From Fibrobacterota bacterium (GTDB lineage Bacteria > Fibrobacterota > Fibrobacteria > UBA11236): a stretch of 25,415 nt of DNA. Below, piece after piece: positions 16,854 through 25,415 of the stretch. The notes below the pieces were generated by a model. It did no database searches. It was not told where the DNA came from and was given only the letters and a program-made list of their open reading frames with translations. The translations under genes were made by a program, and so were the position numbers. The stretch lies in assembly GCA_043753995.1 (NCBI GenBank), contig JAYUVP010000059.1, positions 1 to 25,415 of the forward strand, given 5' to 3'. Numbering within the stretch: the stretch's first letter is position 1; each line of letters begins with the position of its first letter.

Positions 16854-18025
16854 AACGCGAATGCGTGCTTTTGGTGTGGAGTGGAGGGGTCAATCCCGCG
16901 TATTGGTCCTTTTTCGAAGAACTTGGCAAACATGTCGAATTACGGGTACTGACGCCTAAAAGATGGCGACACGGCTCGGTTGAATTCACCTTTCCTTCGC
17001 GAAGCGAAAGACCGGTAAATTACCGCCTGATTCAAGTTGCCTTCCTTTCTTTGGGGCATGCCCGCTATTGGATTCCCAGCCTTATCATTCATCTATTCAC
17101 CCATCGCTCCACCCTTTTGTATTGGATGGATGAACCCGATCGATGGGTCACGACCGTGCATGCCTGGATAGCCAAATTTTTTAGGCCCGACTTGCGGATT
17201 TGTGCTTACATGCTGCAAAACCTGGAAAAGCCAAGCTATTACCGCGACATTCATCGCTGGGCTTGGTCGCAAAACAAGCATTTGATAGACGGCATACTCG
17301 CCGCAACAAAAGAAGCCGCCGAGGTGGCCCGCAAACACGGATATACCGGGGCATTGCAAGTCGTCCCCCTATTCGCCTCAGAAAAACTTTTCCATCCGCC
17401 GACTTTGTTGGACCGCAAGGCTGCACGTGAACGCTTGGGGCTCCAAGCTTCGGACTATGTCCTTGCCTATGCCGGAAGCCTGCATGAGGCCAAAGGCGTT
17501 TTGAGATTGGCACGGATAATGCAATCCTTTCCTCGCTTGCGACTTTTGATTGCCTCCGGTGATTCATGGCCAAATATTTCAAAGCTGGCCAATACACCTC
17601 TCCTGTTGGGACGATTGATTGGCAAAGAAATGCTTCAGTTATTCCACGCCGCCGACGCCGTCATTTTACCCTCTGAGCCACGAGACCATTGGAAGGAGCA
17701 AATCGGTCGCATTTTGCTCGAAGGTGGACTCAGCGGCTGCCTGGCTTTAGGCAGCGATTCGGGAGCCATCCCAGGAATCGTCGGCGACGCCGATTGTCTT
17801 TTCCATGCCGGCGATGACCACTCCCTTCAAAATTTGCTGGAGAAATTACCTTTTCGTGACGGTATACAAAAAGCTAAAAATCAGCGGGATAGGTATCTCG
17901 CGCAATACGCATCTACTCCTGTCGCGGAAGCAACCCTTCAATTCCTTTTAGCCCTGCGAAAAGGCGAATTCTCCGACAAAACCAATCGACCCGAATTATT
18001 CGGAAAGGCTGAATCTTGCGCATAG
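16850..18025 (+). CDS. Glycosyltransferase family 4
   Basis: YAGSLHEAKG, ADAVILPS...WKEQIGRILLEG, GSDSGAIP. TTG 16850 overlaps the upstream TGA; the start is uncertain. Confidence 0.88.
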   Translation: MKRECVLLVWSGGVNPAYWSFFEELGKHVELRVLTPKRWRHGSVEFTFPSRSERPVNYRLIQVAFLSLGHARYWIPSLIIHLFTHRSTLLYWMDEPDRWVTTVHAWIAKFFRPDLRICAYMLQNLEKPSYYRDIHRWAWSQNKHLIDGILAATKEAAEVARKHGYTGALQVVPLFASEKLFHPPTLLDRKAARERLGLQASDYVLAYAGSLHEAKGVLRLARIMQSFPRLRLLIASGDSWPNISKLANTPLLLGRLIGKEMLQLFHAADAVILPSEPRDHWKEQIGRILLEGGLSGCLALGSDSGAIPGIVGDADCLFHAGDDHSLQNLLEKLPFRDGIQKAKNQRDRYLAQYASTPVAEATLQFLLALRKGEFSDKTNRPELFGKAESCA

Positions 18026-19089
18026 CCTTTTTACATCGCAATGTGCCGCCCGACACCTATACAGGAGTCGCGGTGCAAGTGCATAGGCTAGCCAATGCCT
18101 TGGAGGACTTGGGTCATCAGGTCGACCTTTTCACTTGGACGCCAAATCCATCGGGCGCCAAATATCGAGTCATCACCATGCCGCATTCGGGCCTGGCTTC
18201 GATGGGAATGCGATGGCCTCTGGTAAAGCGCCTATGGCATGCATGGCAATTTCGAAAATTGGATCTCAAATCCTATGATGCCGTGCATGTGCATGGGGAC
18301 GGTGGTTTATTGCGCTACTCCAACCATTGGGTGCGCACGCTTTATGGCTCGGCGGCCTTCGAGCGACGTTACGGTTTTGGTTGGTCATCGTGGATTGCCC
18401 AGACCTTAAGTTTTGCCCTGGAGCGCAGGGAAGCCCGAAGCTGCCGCCACCTCATTGCTATCGGTACGCACGTCAAGAAGGCCATTCCACAAGTTAAGGC
18501 AGTCCTACCGTGTATGCTGGATGCCTCTCCGGTCCAGGAACTCTCCCAAACCTCCGACATACCCACCTTGATTCATGTTGGATCTCTGCGTGGTCGAAAA
18601 CGCGGGCACCTGGCTCTGGATATTTTGCGGCATTTGCATGCTTGGAGAAATGACTTCCGGCTGCATCTAGTCTGCCCACCCAAGGAAGCAAAATCATTAC
18701 GCGAATCCCTGTCTGATGCTCGGGTGGAAGTCCATACCCAAATCACGCGGGAAAAATTGAATGCTCTCTATCGTGAAAGCTGGTTTGCCCTCAGCCTTTC
18801 GACTTATGAAGGCTTTGGTGTCACTTTAATCGAGGCCATGGCCCAGGGTTGCCAAGTACTGTCCGTCCCACATGCTGGCGCCTTGGATTTATTTGAAGAA
18901 GAATGGCCCGAAATACTTTGCGAAATCAAGGCTATGCCAGAACGCATCAAGACCCTGGCCCCTCAAGGGAAACCCGATTCCCAGGCAGCGAAACGTGCCA
19001 AGCAATATGCGGCGCGATTTGCTCCCGGGTTAATCGCTCAAGCCTATGTGGATTTGTATCGAAGCACCTCTGAAGGGCGACGGACATGA
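18016..19089 (+). CDS. Glycosyltransferase family 4
   Basis: TTG start, MRIAFL, LANALEDLGHQV, VGSLRGRKRG, STYEGFGVTLIEAMAQG. Confidence 0.9.
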   Translation: MRIAFLHRNVPPDTYTGVAVQVHRLANALEDLGHQVDLFTWTPNPSGAKYRVITMPHSGLASMGMRWPLVKRLWHAWQFRKLDLKSYDAVHVHGDGGLLRYSNHWVRTLYGSAAFERRYGFGWSSWIAQTLSFALERREARSCRHLIAIGTHVKKAIPQVKAVLPCMLDASPVQELSQTSDIPTLIHVGSLRGRKRGHLALDILRHLHAWRNDFRLHLVCPPKEAKSLRESLSDARVEVHTQITREKLNALYRESWFALSLSTYEGFGVTLIEAMAQGCQVLSVPHAGALDLFEEEWPEILCEIKAMPERIKTLAPQGKPDSQAAKRAKQYAARFAPGLIAQAYVDLYRSTSEGRRT

Positions 19090-20582
19090 ATCGCGTTTGG
19101 CAATGGTTGTGGCTACCCAGCTTGCTCCTGGTAGGGGCCGTTTTCGCTTGGCGCTTGCAAAAAATCCCCTCACGCCAGGAGACCGCGGTTTTCTTCATTC
19201 TTTGCTTCGTGATCCCCACTTTGAAGTGGCCGAAATTCGGGGTCTATTACCTCTTCTTCATTAGCATTTTCATCCCTCTGGGCCGCCGAATGTATTACCT
19301 GGTGAATGGTCGACCGCCATTAGATTATTTGATGCTCATCGGCGATGGCGTTATGGTGGGCTTTATCTGCGCCTTGATTCTGCTGTGGATAGTGAATCGC
19401 GAAAAGATGAAGGAACCCCTCACGGTACTCGTGCTCATCTATGCCTCCTTGCTCTTCATCAAGGTATTTTTCTTGAATCAAGGCACCATGGAAGAAGGTC
19501 TGTATGGATTTAAGTTCAATGGACTTTACGTGCTTTTTTATTTCGCAGGAAGCTATGTCATTGCCCATGCCAAAGGCCTAATCAAGGTTTTGAATTGGGC
19601 CACTTTCGCCTTGATGCTCTCCGCCTTATGGAGTATCAAGCAAGTCACCCTTGGCTTCAGCTCCTTCGAGCAAAAATGGCTGGACTCGATCACTTTCACA
19701 ACGCTTCGCATCGAAGGAGTGGTACGTCCCTTTGGCACCTTTGTTTCGCCTGCGGCTATGGCCGATGCCATGTGCCTGCTTTTGATGCTGGGTGCGTTTT
19801 ATATTGCCTTACGACGTGCCCTCTCGCCCTTGTGGGGCTTTTATTTGGTTTGTCTATCCATCGTTCCCTTGCTCATCGCAACGGTTCGGACGAGTTGGGT
19901 GGGAGCGGCCGCCGGGCTCTTTTTCTTCTTCATTTATTTGCGCATAGAAAAAACGTGGATCAAGGGCGTCATACTTAGTGTCGCCCTTGTCGGGCTAATA
20001 GGCATTATCAGCAAAGGAGACAATCAAAGCGACAGCCAAAATGCCGCTTTGTCGGCTAAAATCAGTGGCTCGTCCTTGACTGACGTGATGATTCGCAAAC
20101 GCACGGCAGCTCTCGCCAATCCTCTGCAGGAATACAGCGTGCGCAAGCGAATGCAGATCTGGGGAGAAATCTGGTATTATGCATTGCAAAAACCACTCGG
20201 GCGCGGCCAAGGTACCCAGGGATATGCTCACAGTTATTATTTCCAAATCCTGGGAGAAATAGGCTTTCCCGGCATATTGGCTTTTCTTGGAATTTTGATT
20301 TTCGCTTTCATTCGTGGCTTTCAAGCCTTGCGCCTAAAGCCGGCCCGCGACGAATTGGAATTAACTCGGTTTTTCCTCAGCATCCTTTTCATGTTTTCCA
20401 TTTTGAATTTGACGGGAACGCATTTACATACCAATCCCGGCGACTTGTATTTCTGGTTCAGTGTCGGAGGGTTGGCGCAACTTTATCGTGATGCGAAACA
20501 GCGGCAGAGCGAGGCCCTCTTGCCAACTCCGAACCCATTGGGAATTGCCTTGCCTCCCGAAAATTGGCCTACCCATGCCTAA
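19086..20582 (+). CDS. O-antigen ligase / Wzy polymerase family membrane protein
   Basis: Polytopic; RPFGTFVSP, TVRTSW, PLGRG, AHSYYFQILGEIGFPG (Wzy_C-like H...E.G motif); ATGA overlap with the upstream GT. Confidence 0.85.
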   Translation: MNRVWQWLWLPSLLLVGAVFAWRLQKIPSRQETAVFFILCFVIPTLKWPKFGVYYLFFISIFIPLGRRMYYLVNGRPPLDYLMLIGDGVMVGFICALILLWIVNREKMKEPLTVLVLIYASLLFIKVFFLNQGTMEEGLYGFKFNGLYVLFYFAGSYVIAHAKGLIKVLNWATFALMLSALWSIKQVTLGFSSFEQKWLDSITFTTLRIEGVVRPFGTFVSPAAMADAMCLLLMLGAFYIALRRALSPLWGFYLVCLSIVPLLIATVRTSWVGAAAGLFFFFIYLRIEKTWIKGVILSVALVGLIGIISKGDNQSDSQNAALSAKISGSSLTDVMIRKRTAALANPLQEYSVRKRMQIWGEIWYYALQKPLGRGQGTQGYAHSYYFQILGEIGFPGILAFLGILIFAFIRGFQALRLKPARDELELTRFFLSILFMFSILNLTGTHLHTNPGDLYFWFSVGGLAQLYRDAKQRQSEALLPTPNPLGIALPPENWPTHA

Positions 20583-21666
20583 GGGACCGCATTTCGGAGT
20601 CTTGGGACATTCCTTGGCTGCACCTGAAAACCGCTTGCCATTCACGGACGACAATCTTAATGCCTCTCTTTTTGCGCCGAAAGCTTGGCAATCCCCGGGC
20701 ACACGTCACCTGCAAGTGACCTCAGCATCAGGGGGAATCCATGCTCTCAACACTATCGGACGGCGACACAATGCCCTCTTCGTCTATCGCGGATTAAGTT
20801 CCGGCTTGCAGACGCAAAACGTGGATTTGCTTTATCTCTGGGAAGAACCCTGGAGTCTTCCGGCATGGCAAGCGTGCCAATGGGCCAAGCGGTATGGCAA
20901 ACCATGGCTTTTTTTCTCCGCGGAGAATCGGCCTAAACCCTTGCCTCCGCCTTTTTCACAATTGCGCCAACGTGTTTTTGCACGGGCTGCGGGCGCCATC
21001 GTCCCAACGGCCGAAGTCGCGGAGAATTTACGACGTCATGGCTATACCGGGGTAACCTATGAAATACCCTTATGGACGGCACCAAAACCTTGGGTTGAGG
21101 CAGACCGTACACCCATTTTGGCCTTTGTCGGGAGGCTAATTCCCTTAAAACGCGTGGACGTCCTGATTCGAGCTGCGGCCCGAGCATCCAACTTTCGCTT
21201 ACGAATCATCGGAGATGGACCCGAAGAGAATAACCTTCGCGATTTGGCGCATCAACTTGGCTTTGACGACCGTATTCAGTTCGTGGGGTATGTCCCTCAC
21301 CAGGAATTGAATTCCGCCTTACAAGGCTGCTGCGCCTTGATCCTACCCACGGCGGCGACGCCACGTCGCGCGGAACAATTCGGAAAATCCGTCATCGAAG
21401 CCATCGCCTTTGGCCTGCCCGTTCTGGTCAGCAATACCGGAAATTTGGGCGAATGGATGAAAACTTTCGATTCGGTGCGAATTGTCCGTTGCGATCGCGA
21501 TATGGATTTAGAGGAGGACATTCAAAATTTTCTGAAAAACCCGGTTTCCCGGGAAATCAGGCTGGCCATGCGTGAAAAAGTCCAACAACGCTATGGACTC
21601 AAGACAACCACCTTGCGATTCCGTGCCGCATTCGAGGATACTTGGAGTAGGTCACAGAAAAGATGA
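20575..21666 (+). CDS. Glycosyltransferase family 4
   Basis: WEEPWS, FVGRLIPLKRVDVL, IIGDGPE, EQFGKSVIEAIAFGLPV. ATG 20575 overlaps the upstream gene by 8 nt. Confidence 0.9.
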   Translation: MPKGPHFGVLGHSLAAPENRLPFTDDNLNASLFAPKAWQSPGTRHLQVTSASGGIHALNTIGRRHNALFVYRGLSSGLQTQNVDLLYLWEEPWSLPAWQACQWAKRYGKPWLFFSAENRPKPLPPPFSQLRQRVFARAAGAIVPTAEVAENLRRHGYTGVTYEIPLWTAPKPWVEADRTPILAFVGRLIPLKRVDVLIRAAARASNFRLRIIGDGPEENNLRDLAHQLGFDDRIQFVGYVPHQELNSALQGCCALILPTAATPRRAEQFGKSVIEAIAFGLPVLVSNTGNLGEWMKTFDSVRIVRCDRDMDLEEDIQNFLKNPVSREIRLAMREKVQQRYGLKTTTLRFRAAFEDTWSRSQKR

Positions 21667-21673
21667 AAACGCA

Positions 21674-22867
21674 ATGAAACGATTCCGTCGTGCCCTTTTT
21701 CGCCGCGCAGAAAACATCCTCAGCGGAAGCTTGGCAAAGCTTGCTGGCTTACGCAGTCGCCGCCGGTCTCCAGAGATTCCTCGCAACGTTCTCCTAGTAA
21801 AATCTTGTTGTCTGGGAGATGCCGTCCTCTCCCTTTATGCCATCCGAGAATTCAAAAAAAAATATCCCAACTGCCGACTGGAGGCTCTGGTCAGCTCACG
21901 CATTGAGGCCGTTTATCATGCCTCGCCGGATATCGATCAAGTGCATGCCATGCCAATCACCGGGTTCCACTTGGGGCGCGAAATCTTGCACCCTCGATTT
22001 TGGATTCAAGCCGCAAGGTTGGCCTTTCGCCTGCATCGAAAACAGTTCGACATGCTCATCGATCTCGAATTGTATCGCAATTATGGCGTTACCCTTACTC
22101 GCGCCTTGGGCATTCCCTTTTCGCGTGGATTCGAGGTAGAAGGCGCGCCAGTCAAGGCACATGACCAAGTCGTCTCACGTGGTAGGGATGAACCCGAATG
22201 GCAATGTTTCTACAAAGCATTCGGACTCCTATCCCCTCCCCCCTTACCCATGCCCCTCTTTCCATCAGCCAAACCGCCAACCCGGAATCCAACCCAACCA
22301 AGGGTCGGCCTTGTTTTCGGGGCTTCAGCAAATTGGCCGCAAAAACGATGGCCCTTAGAACACTTCGCGACCTTAGGCCGCGAATTGCAAAAACGCAAAA
22401 TTGATTTAATGCTTTTCGGCTCCACGGAAGAAAAAAGTGATGCCGATTTGCTCATGGTGGAGCTCCCGAAAGCCCACAATACCGTTGGGCAATTGGAGTT
22501 TTCAGCCTTGGTCGAGGCTTTATCCCGGTGCGATATGGTTATCGGCAATGATACTGGCACTCTTCATGTCGCGGCGGCCGCAGGCATTCCCGTGCTTTCC
22601 CTTTTTGGACCCACTTCACCGCAAAAATGGAATCCCCTGACTTCGCGAGCCCTGTTTCTTGGCGGCTTGAATTGCCGTCCCTGTTATTACCTCGGGGATA
22701 TGCCTGACTGCAAACATCGCGATTGCCTACGCCTTTTACGCCCAGAGCGCGTTTTACAAGTCGCACTCGAAGGGCTGGATAGCTCTTATCCCACCGCGAT
22801 TTGGGCCGGTGAAAACCCTATCCCACTCGCAGTAGCGTCCCCGAATATCGAACTGGGCAAGGATTGA
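21674..22867 (+). CDS. Glycosyltransferase family 9 (heptosyltransferase-like)
   Basis: LGDAVL, KRWPLEHF, IGNDTGTLHVAAAAGIPVLSLFGPT, C-terminal CRPC-x8-C-x4-C. Confidence 0.92.
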   Translation: MKRFRRALFRRAENILSGSLAKLAGLRSRRRSPEIPRNVLLVKSCCLGDAVLSLYAIREFKKKYPNCRLEALVSSRIEAVYHASPDIDQVHAMPITGFHLGREILHPRFWIQAARLAFRLHRKQFDMLIDLELYRNYGVTLTRALGIPFSRGFEVEGAPVKAHDQVVSRGRDEPEWQCFYKAFGLLSPPPLPMPLFPSAKPPTRNPTQPRVGLVFGASANWPQKRWPLEHFATLGRELQKRKIDLMLFGSTEEKSDADLLMVELPKAHNTVGQLEFSALVEALSRCDMVIGNDTGTLHVAAAAGIPVLSLFGPTSPQKWNPLTSRALFLGGLNCRPCYYLGDMPDCKHRDCLRLLRPERVLQVALEGLDSSYPTAIWAGENPIPLAVASPNIELGKD

Positions 22868-22986
22868 CTTGGTCACCGGACGCGTATTTTCTTCCTTTCC
22901 GCCGCCTCAATCGACAATGAGGTACGAGGTGGGCTGCGGAGCCAGTCTATGGAGACGTTTCCCCGCACCCGGAATTTGAAGGAGTT

Positions 22987-24135
22987 ATGGCAAAATCGCG
23001 AGTCAAACGGATTTTCCGAAGAAACTGGAAACAGGGTCGATATCGTTATGCCATCATGGGATTGGCCGTTGCCTTAGCCTTATCCATCACTTTTGTATTC
23101 ACATCGCGGCCTTTACAAGCGCCGCAAGGGTTAACCGCCGATCCAACCTCTGGCATGCTGCTCTATGAGGTTCCAACCAATACCAACCCAACCGCCTTGG
23201 CCAATGATTTGAAGGCGAAGGGCCTTATTTCCTTTCCCCGCGCCTTTCGTTTATTTCTAAGGGTGACAAGGCGCGATAGGCAAATCAAAGCCGGCTTTTA
23301 TTATGTGCATGCCCGAAATTCCATCACGGAAATCGCTTGGTTGCTTACCAGCGGAAAATTAGCTACCCGCACCATTACCATTCCGGAAGGTCGTGTGTCT
23401 TGGGAAATATATGGGATTCTGAAAAACAGATTCGCTCTCGACAGCGTGGTATTTGACTCCCTGGTAAGGTCTCCTGCCTTCGCACGCGAGCTTGGCCTAG
23501 AGGCCCCTGGCCTCGAAGGATACCTTTTCCCCGAAACCTATGTGTTACCTTGGAAGGTGAGCGAGCGCGAAATTCTACGCGTACTCGTGCGGCGCTTCCA
23601 AACCGTCGTCAACCAAATTCATCCTCGGTCGCCTGTGGTGGATCGCTTTGGTTTGCATGGTTGGGTGACCTTGGCTTCTATTGTCGAAGAAGAGGCCGCG
23701 GTAGGCTCGGAGCGAAAACTCATTGCTGGTGTATTTTACAACCGCCTATTACAAAACTGGTCCTTAGGCGCCGATCCCACCGTTCGCTATGCCGTGCATA
23801 AATTGACGGGCAGACTGACCTTTAACGATTTAAACATCAATTCCCCTTACAATACCCGCCGATTTGCCGGCCTTCCCCCTGGCCCTATAAGCAATCCCGG
23901 GCGAAATGCATTACTGGCCGCTTTAAACCCCGCTGAAACCGAAATGATGTTTTTTGTCGCCAAGGATGATGGCTCTCGCAGCCATTTCTTTTCTCGGGAC
24001 AACAGCACCCACGTGCGTTATAAATCGACAGCAGCAGATAATCGACGCAACCGCGCAAACCCGCCCATCGCTCCCATCTCAGCAAATTCGACGGCACAAA
24101 GCGATAAAACCTCAATTTTGCCGCCGACACCCTGA
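22987..24135 (+). CDS. mltG: Endolytic transglycosylase MltG (YceG family)
   Basis: N-terminal TM, IKAGFY, TIPEG, LEGYLFPETY, LASIVEEEA, ADPTVRY, SPYNT...GLPPGPISNPG; AAGGAG RBS. Confidence 0.96.
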   Translation: MAKSRVKRIFRRNWKQGRYRYAIMGLAVALALSITFVFTSRPLQAPQGLTADPTSGMLLYEVPTNTNPTALANDLKAKGLISFPRAFRLFLRVTRRDRQIKAGFYYVHARNSITEIAWLLTSGKLATRTITIPEGRVSWEIYGILKNRFALDSVVFDSLVRSPAFARELGLEAPGLEGYLFPETYVLPWKVSEREILRVLVRRFQTVVNQIHPRSPVVDRFGLHGWVTLASIVEEEAAVGSERKLIAGVFYNRLLQNWSLGADPTVRYAVHKLTGRLTFNDLNINSPYNTRRFAGLPPGPISNPGRNALLAALNPAETEMMFFVAKDDGSRSHFFSRDNSTHVRYKSTAADNRRNRANPPIAPISANSTAQSDKTSILPPTP

Positions 24136-24451
24136 TCCACTCCGGTTCTGACCGCCTATGAAATGGGCTCTCGAGTAGCGACCTTGGTTTCTTGAGCGTC
24201 CATAGGGTGGCAGACATCCCCACTTTCGGGGCTGCAGCCAAGGGGTGGCGGCTATGATTGCGAAAATGCCCTTTCCATCGGTAAAAAAAGGGAAGTTTAA
24301 GGCATTTTACTTCGTTTTTACAAAGCGCGATTGGATTGCAAAGGGTAAGTTAAGGTGGAAATTATCTGTACCTTGGTTCAAAACTTTATTTTGCCGATTT
24401 TTTTCGGATTTCGTATTTGATGGAAACACTTGCGCGCAAAGGCCTTTACCT

Positions 24452-25415
24452 ATGACTTCCCGGACTAGCTTTCCTTTCAAGTGCACCTTGCCCTCCGCTG
24501 CCATGGTTGGCAAAAGCGGTTGGGGTTTTTGTGCACTAGCATTAAGCCTAGCCTCCACATCCCTGGCCCAAGGTACCCCGCCTGCGACTCTGAAGCTAAC
24601 CGGAATTCTTCGCGATTTTATTTCAGTTGGAAACCCCGAGGGCTTGACCCCCGTTCATCCCCACTTTAATCCGGCATTCAATACGACCAATTGCGTAGGC
24701 CAGAATTTCCTTGGCATGGTGGCCACTGACCTGAACGTCCTACCTGCTGCCACGAATGACACCTCATTCGGGGACAATCGCAATCCTAAACTTGGACCGA
24801 CACCACCTACGACCGCATGTTTAGAACCTACCTCGCGCTTTAGCGAATGGTATACCGATTTACCCGGTGTCAGCCGTAAATTCAAACTGGATATCACATT
24901 TCAAAGAAATGCAGCAGGCGTCTACGAATTCGATGATCAATTGTTTTTCCCATTGGATCCTGGCGCCCCCTATACCCTTCAAAAATTCAATGCTACCGAC
25001 CCCGGGCCGTGGGGAGATTTATTCCCCTCGGCAGGCAATCACAATTTCGGTTTCACTTATGAATTGCATACCGAATTCACCTATATCCCTGGACAGACTT
25101 TCGAATTCATCGGCGATGATGACGTTTGGGTTTTTATCAATGGCCAATTAATGATGGATATCGGAGGCATTCATGGCGCGATTCGAAGAAACTTTACTCT
25201 CGACGCAACCACAGCCACGCGCCTTGGCATGCTTCCCAACCGTCGCTATAAATTCGATTTCTTTTTTGCTGAAAGGCATACAAGTGAATCCCATGCTAAA
25301 ATCACGACCAATATCGCACTGAATCAGCCAAATGTGCAGGAAAGCATTGTCTTCACCGATTCGCTTGGAACACCGCTCGCATCGAATGCGATTTATGAAC
25401 CGACGAATTCCCATG
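24452..25415 (+). CDS. Secreted fibro-slime (PA14-like) domain protein, 3'-truncated by the window end
   Basis: Translated by hand and open to the window end. ATG 24452 or the in-frame ATG 24503; signal peptide ...FCALALSLASTSLAQ; GILRDF..HPHF, FSEWY, FFPLD, HNFGFTYELHTEFTY..GQTFEFIGDDDVWVFINGQLMMDIGGIH, FDFFFAERHTSES. Confidence 0.9.
   Translation, partial: MTSRTSFPFKCTLPSAAMVGKSGWGFCALALSLASTSLAQGTPPATLKLTGILRDFISVGNPEGLTPVHPHFNPAFNTTNCVGQNFLGMVATDLNVLPAATNDTSFGDNRNPKLGPTPPTTACLEPTSRFSEWYTDLPGVSRKFKLDITFQRNAAGVYEFDDQLFFPLDPGAPYTLQKFNATDPGPWGDLFPSAGNHNFGFTYELHTEFTYIPGQTFEFIGDDDVWVFINGQLMMDIGGIHGAIRRNFTLDATTATRLGMLPNRRYKFDFFFAERHTSESHAKITTNIALNQPNVQESIVFTDSLGTPLASNAIYEPTNSH

Noticed and set aside
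22868..22986. Terminator between the GT9 gene and mltG
   Set aside because: Only a weak GCCTCA/TGAGGT stem with no U-tract.
24246..24435. Sigma54-like sites upstream of the fibro-slime gene (TGGCGGCTATGATTGC; TGGAAACACTTGCGC)
   Set aside because: The first has GG-N11-GC spacing. The second has the right spacing but a misplaced TTGC and a poor -24 box.
24..25414. Numerous 60-180 aa alternative-frame and antisense ORFs in the track
   Set aside because: They overlap well-supported genes and show no recognisable motifs, consistent with shadow ORFs.
24307..25414. Track ORFs in the last 1.1 kb treated as genes
   Set aside because: They are superseded by the open + strand fibro-slime frame starting at 24452/24503.

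Overview
Bacterial chromosomal window with 22 supportable CDSs, all but one on the + strand. I found no RNA genes, mobile elements or CRISPR arrays. The left block encodes a large protein ending in a degenerate GGDEF domain with an intact RxxD site, then an NtrC-family sigma54 response regulator and obgE. A divergent pair of sigma70-like promoters follows. Leftward lies a small secreted SH3-like protein whose C-terminus resembles CglF/GltF. Rightward lies a ~17.4 kb gapless gene run (5446-22867). It opens with a MotA/TolQ/ExbB subunit, two ExbD/TolR subunits and a TonB-like protein with an AgmX/PglI-type C-terminal domain, which together resemble the myxobacterial AglRQS-GltG motor. It continues through an ATGA overlap into a Wzx/Wzy polysaccharide locus: Wza-like, Wzc, Wzx, five GT4s, a GT2, a priming phosphoglycosyl transferase, a Wzy/ligase-family protein and a GT9. 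The window ends with mltG and a truncated fibro-slime-domain protein that the ORF track missed. The best candidate for a new system is the apparent coupling of an Agl/Glt-like proton-driven motor to a surface-polysaccharide export pathway. Gene content suggests Fibrobacterota or a similar lineage (inference only). All family calls come from motif recognition by eye, not from database searches.
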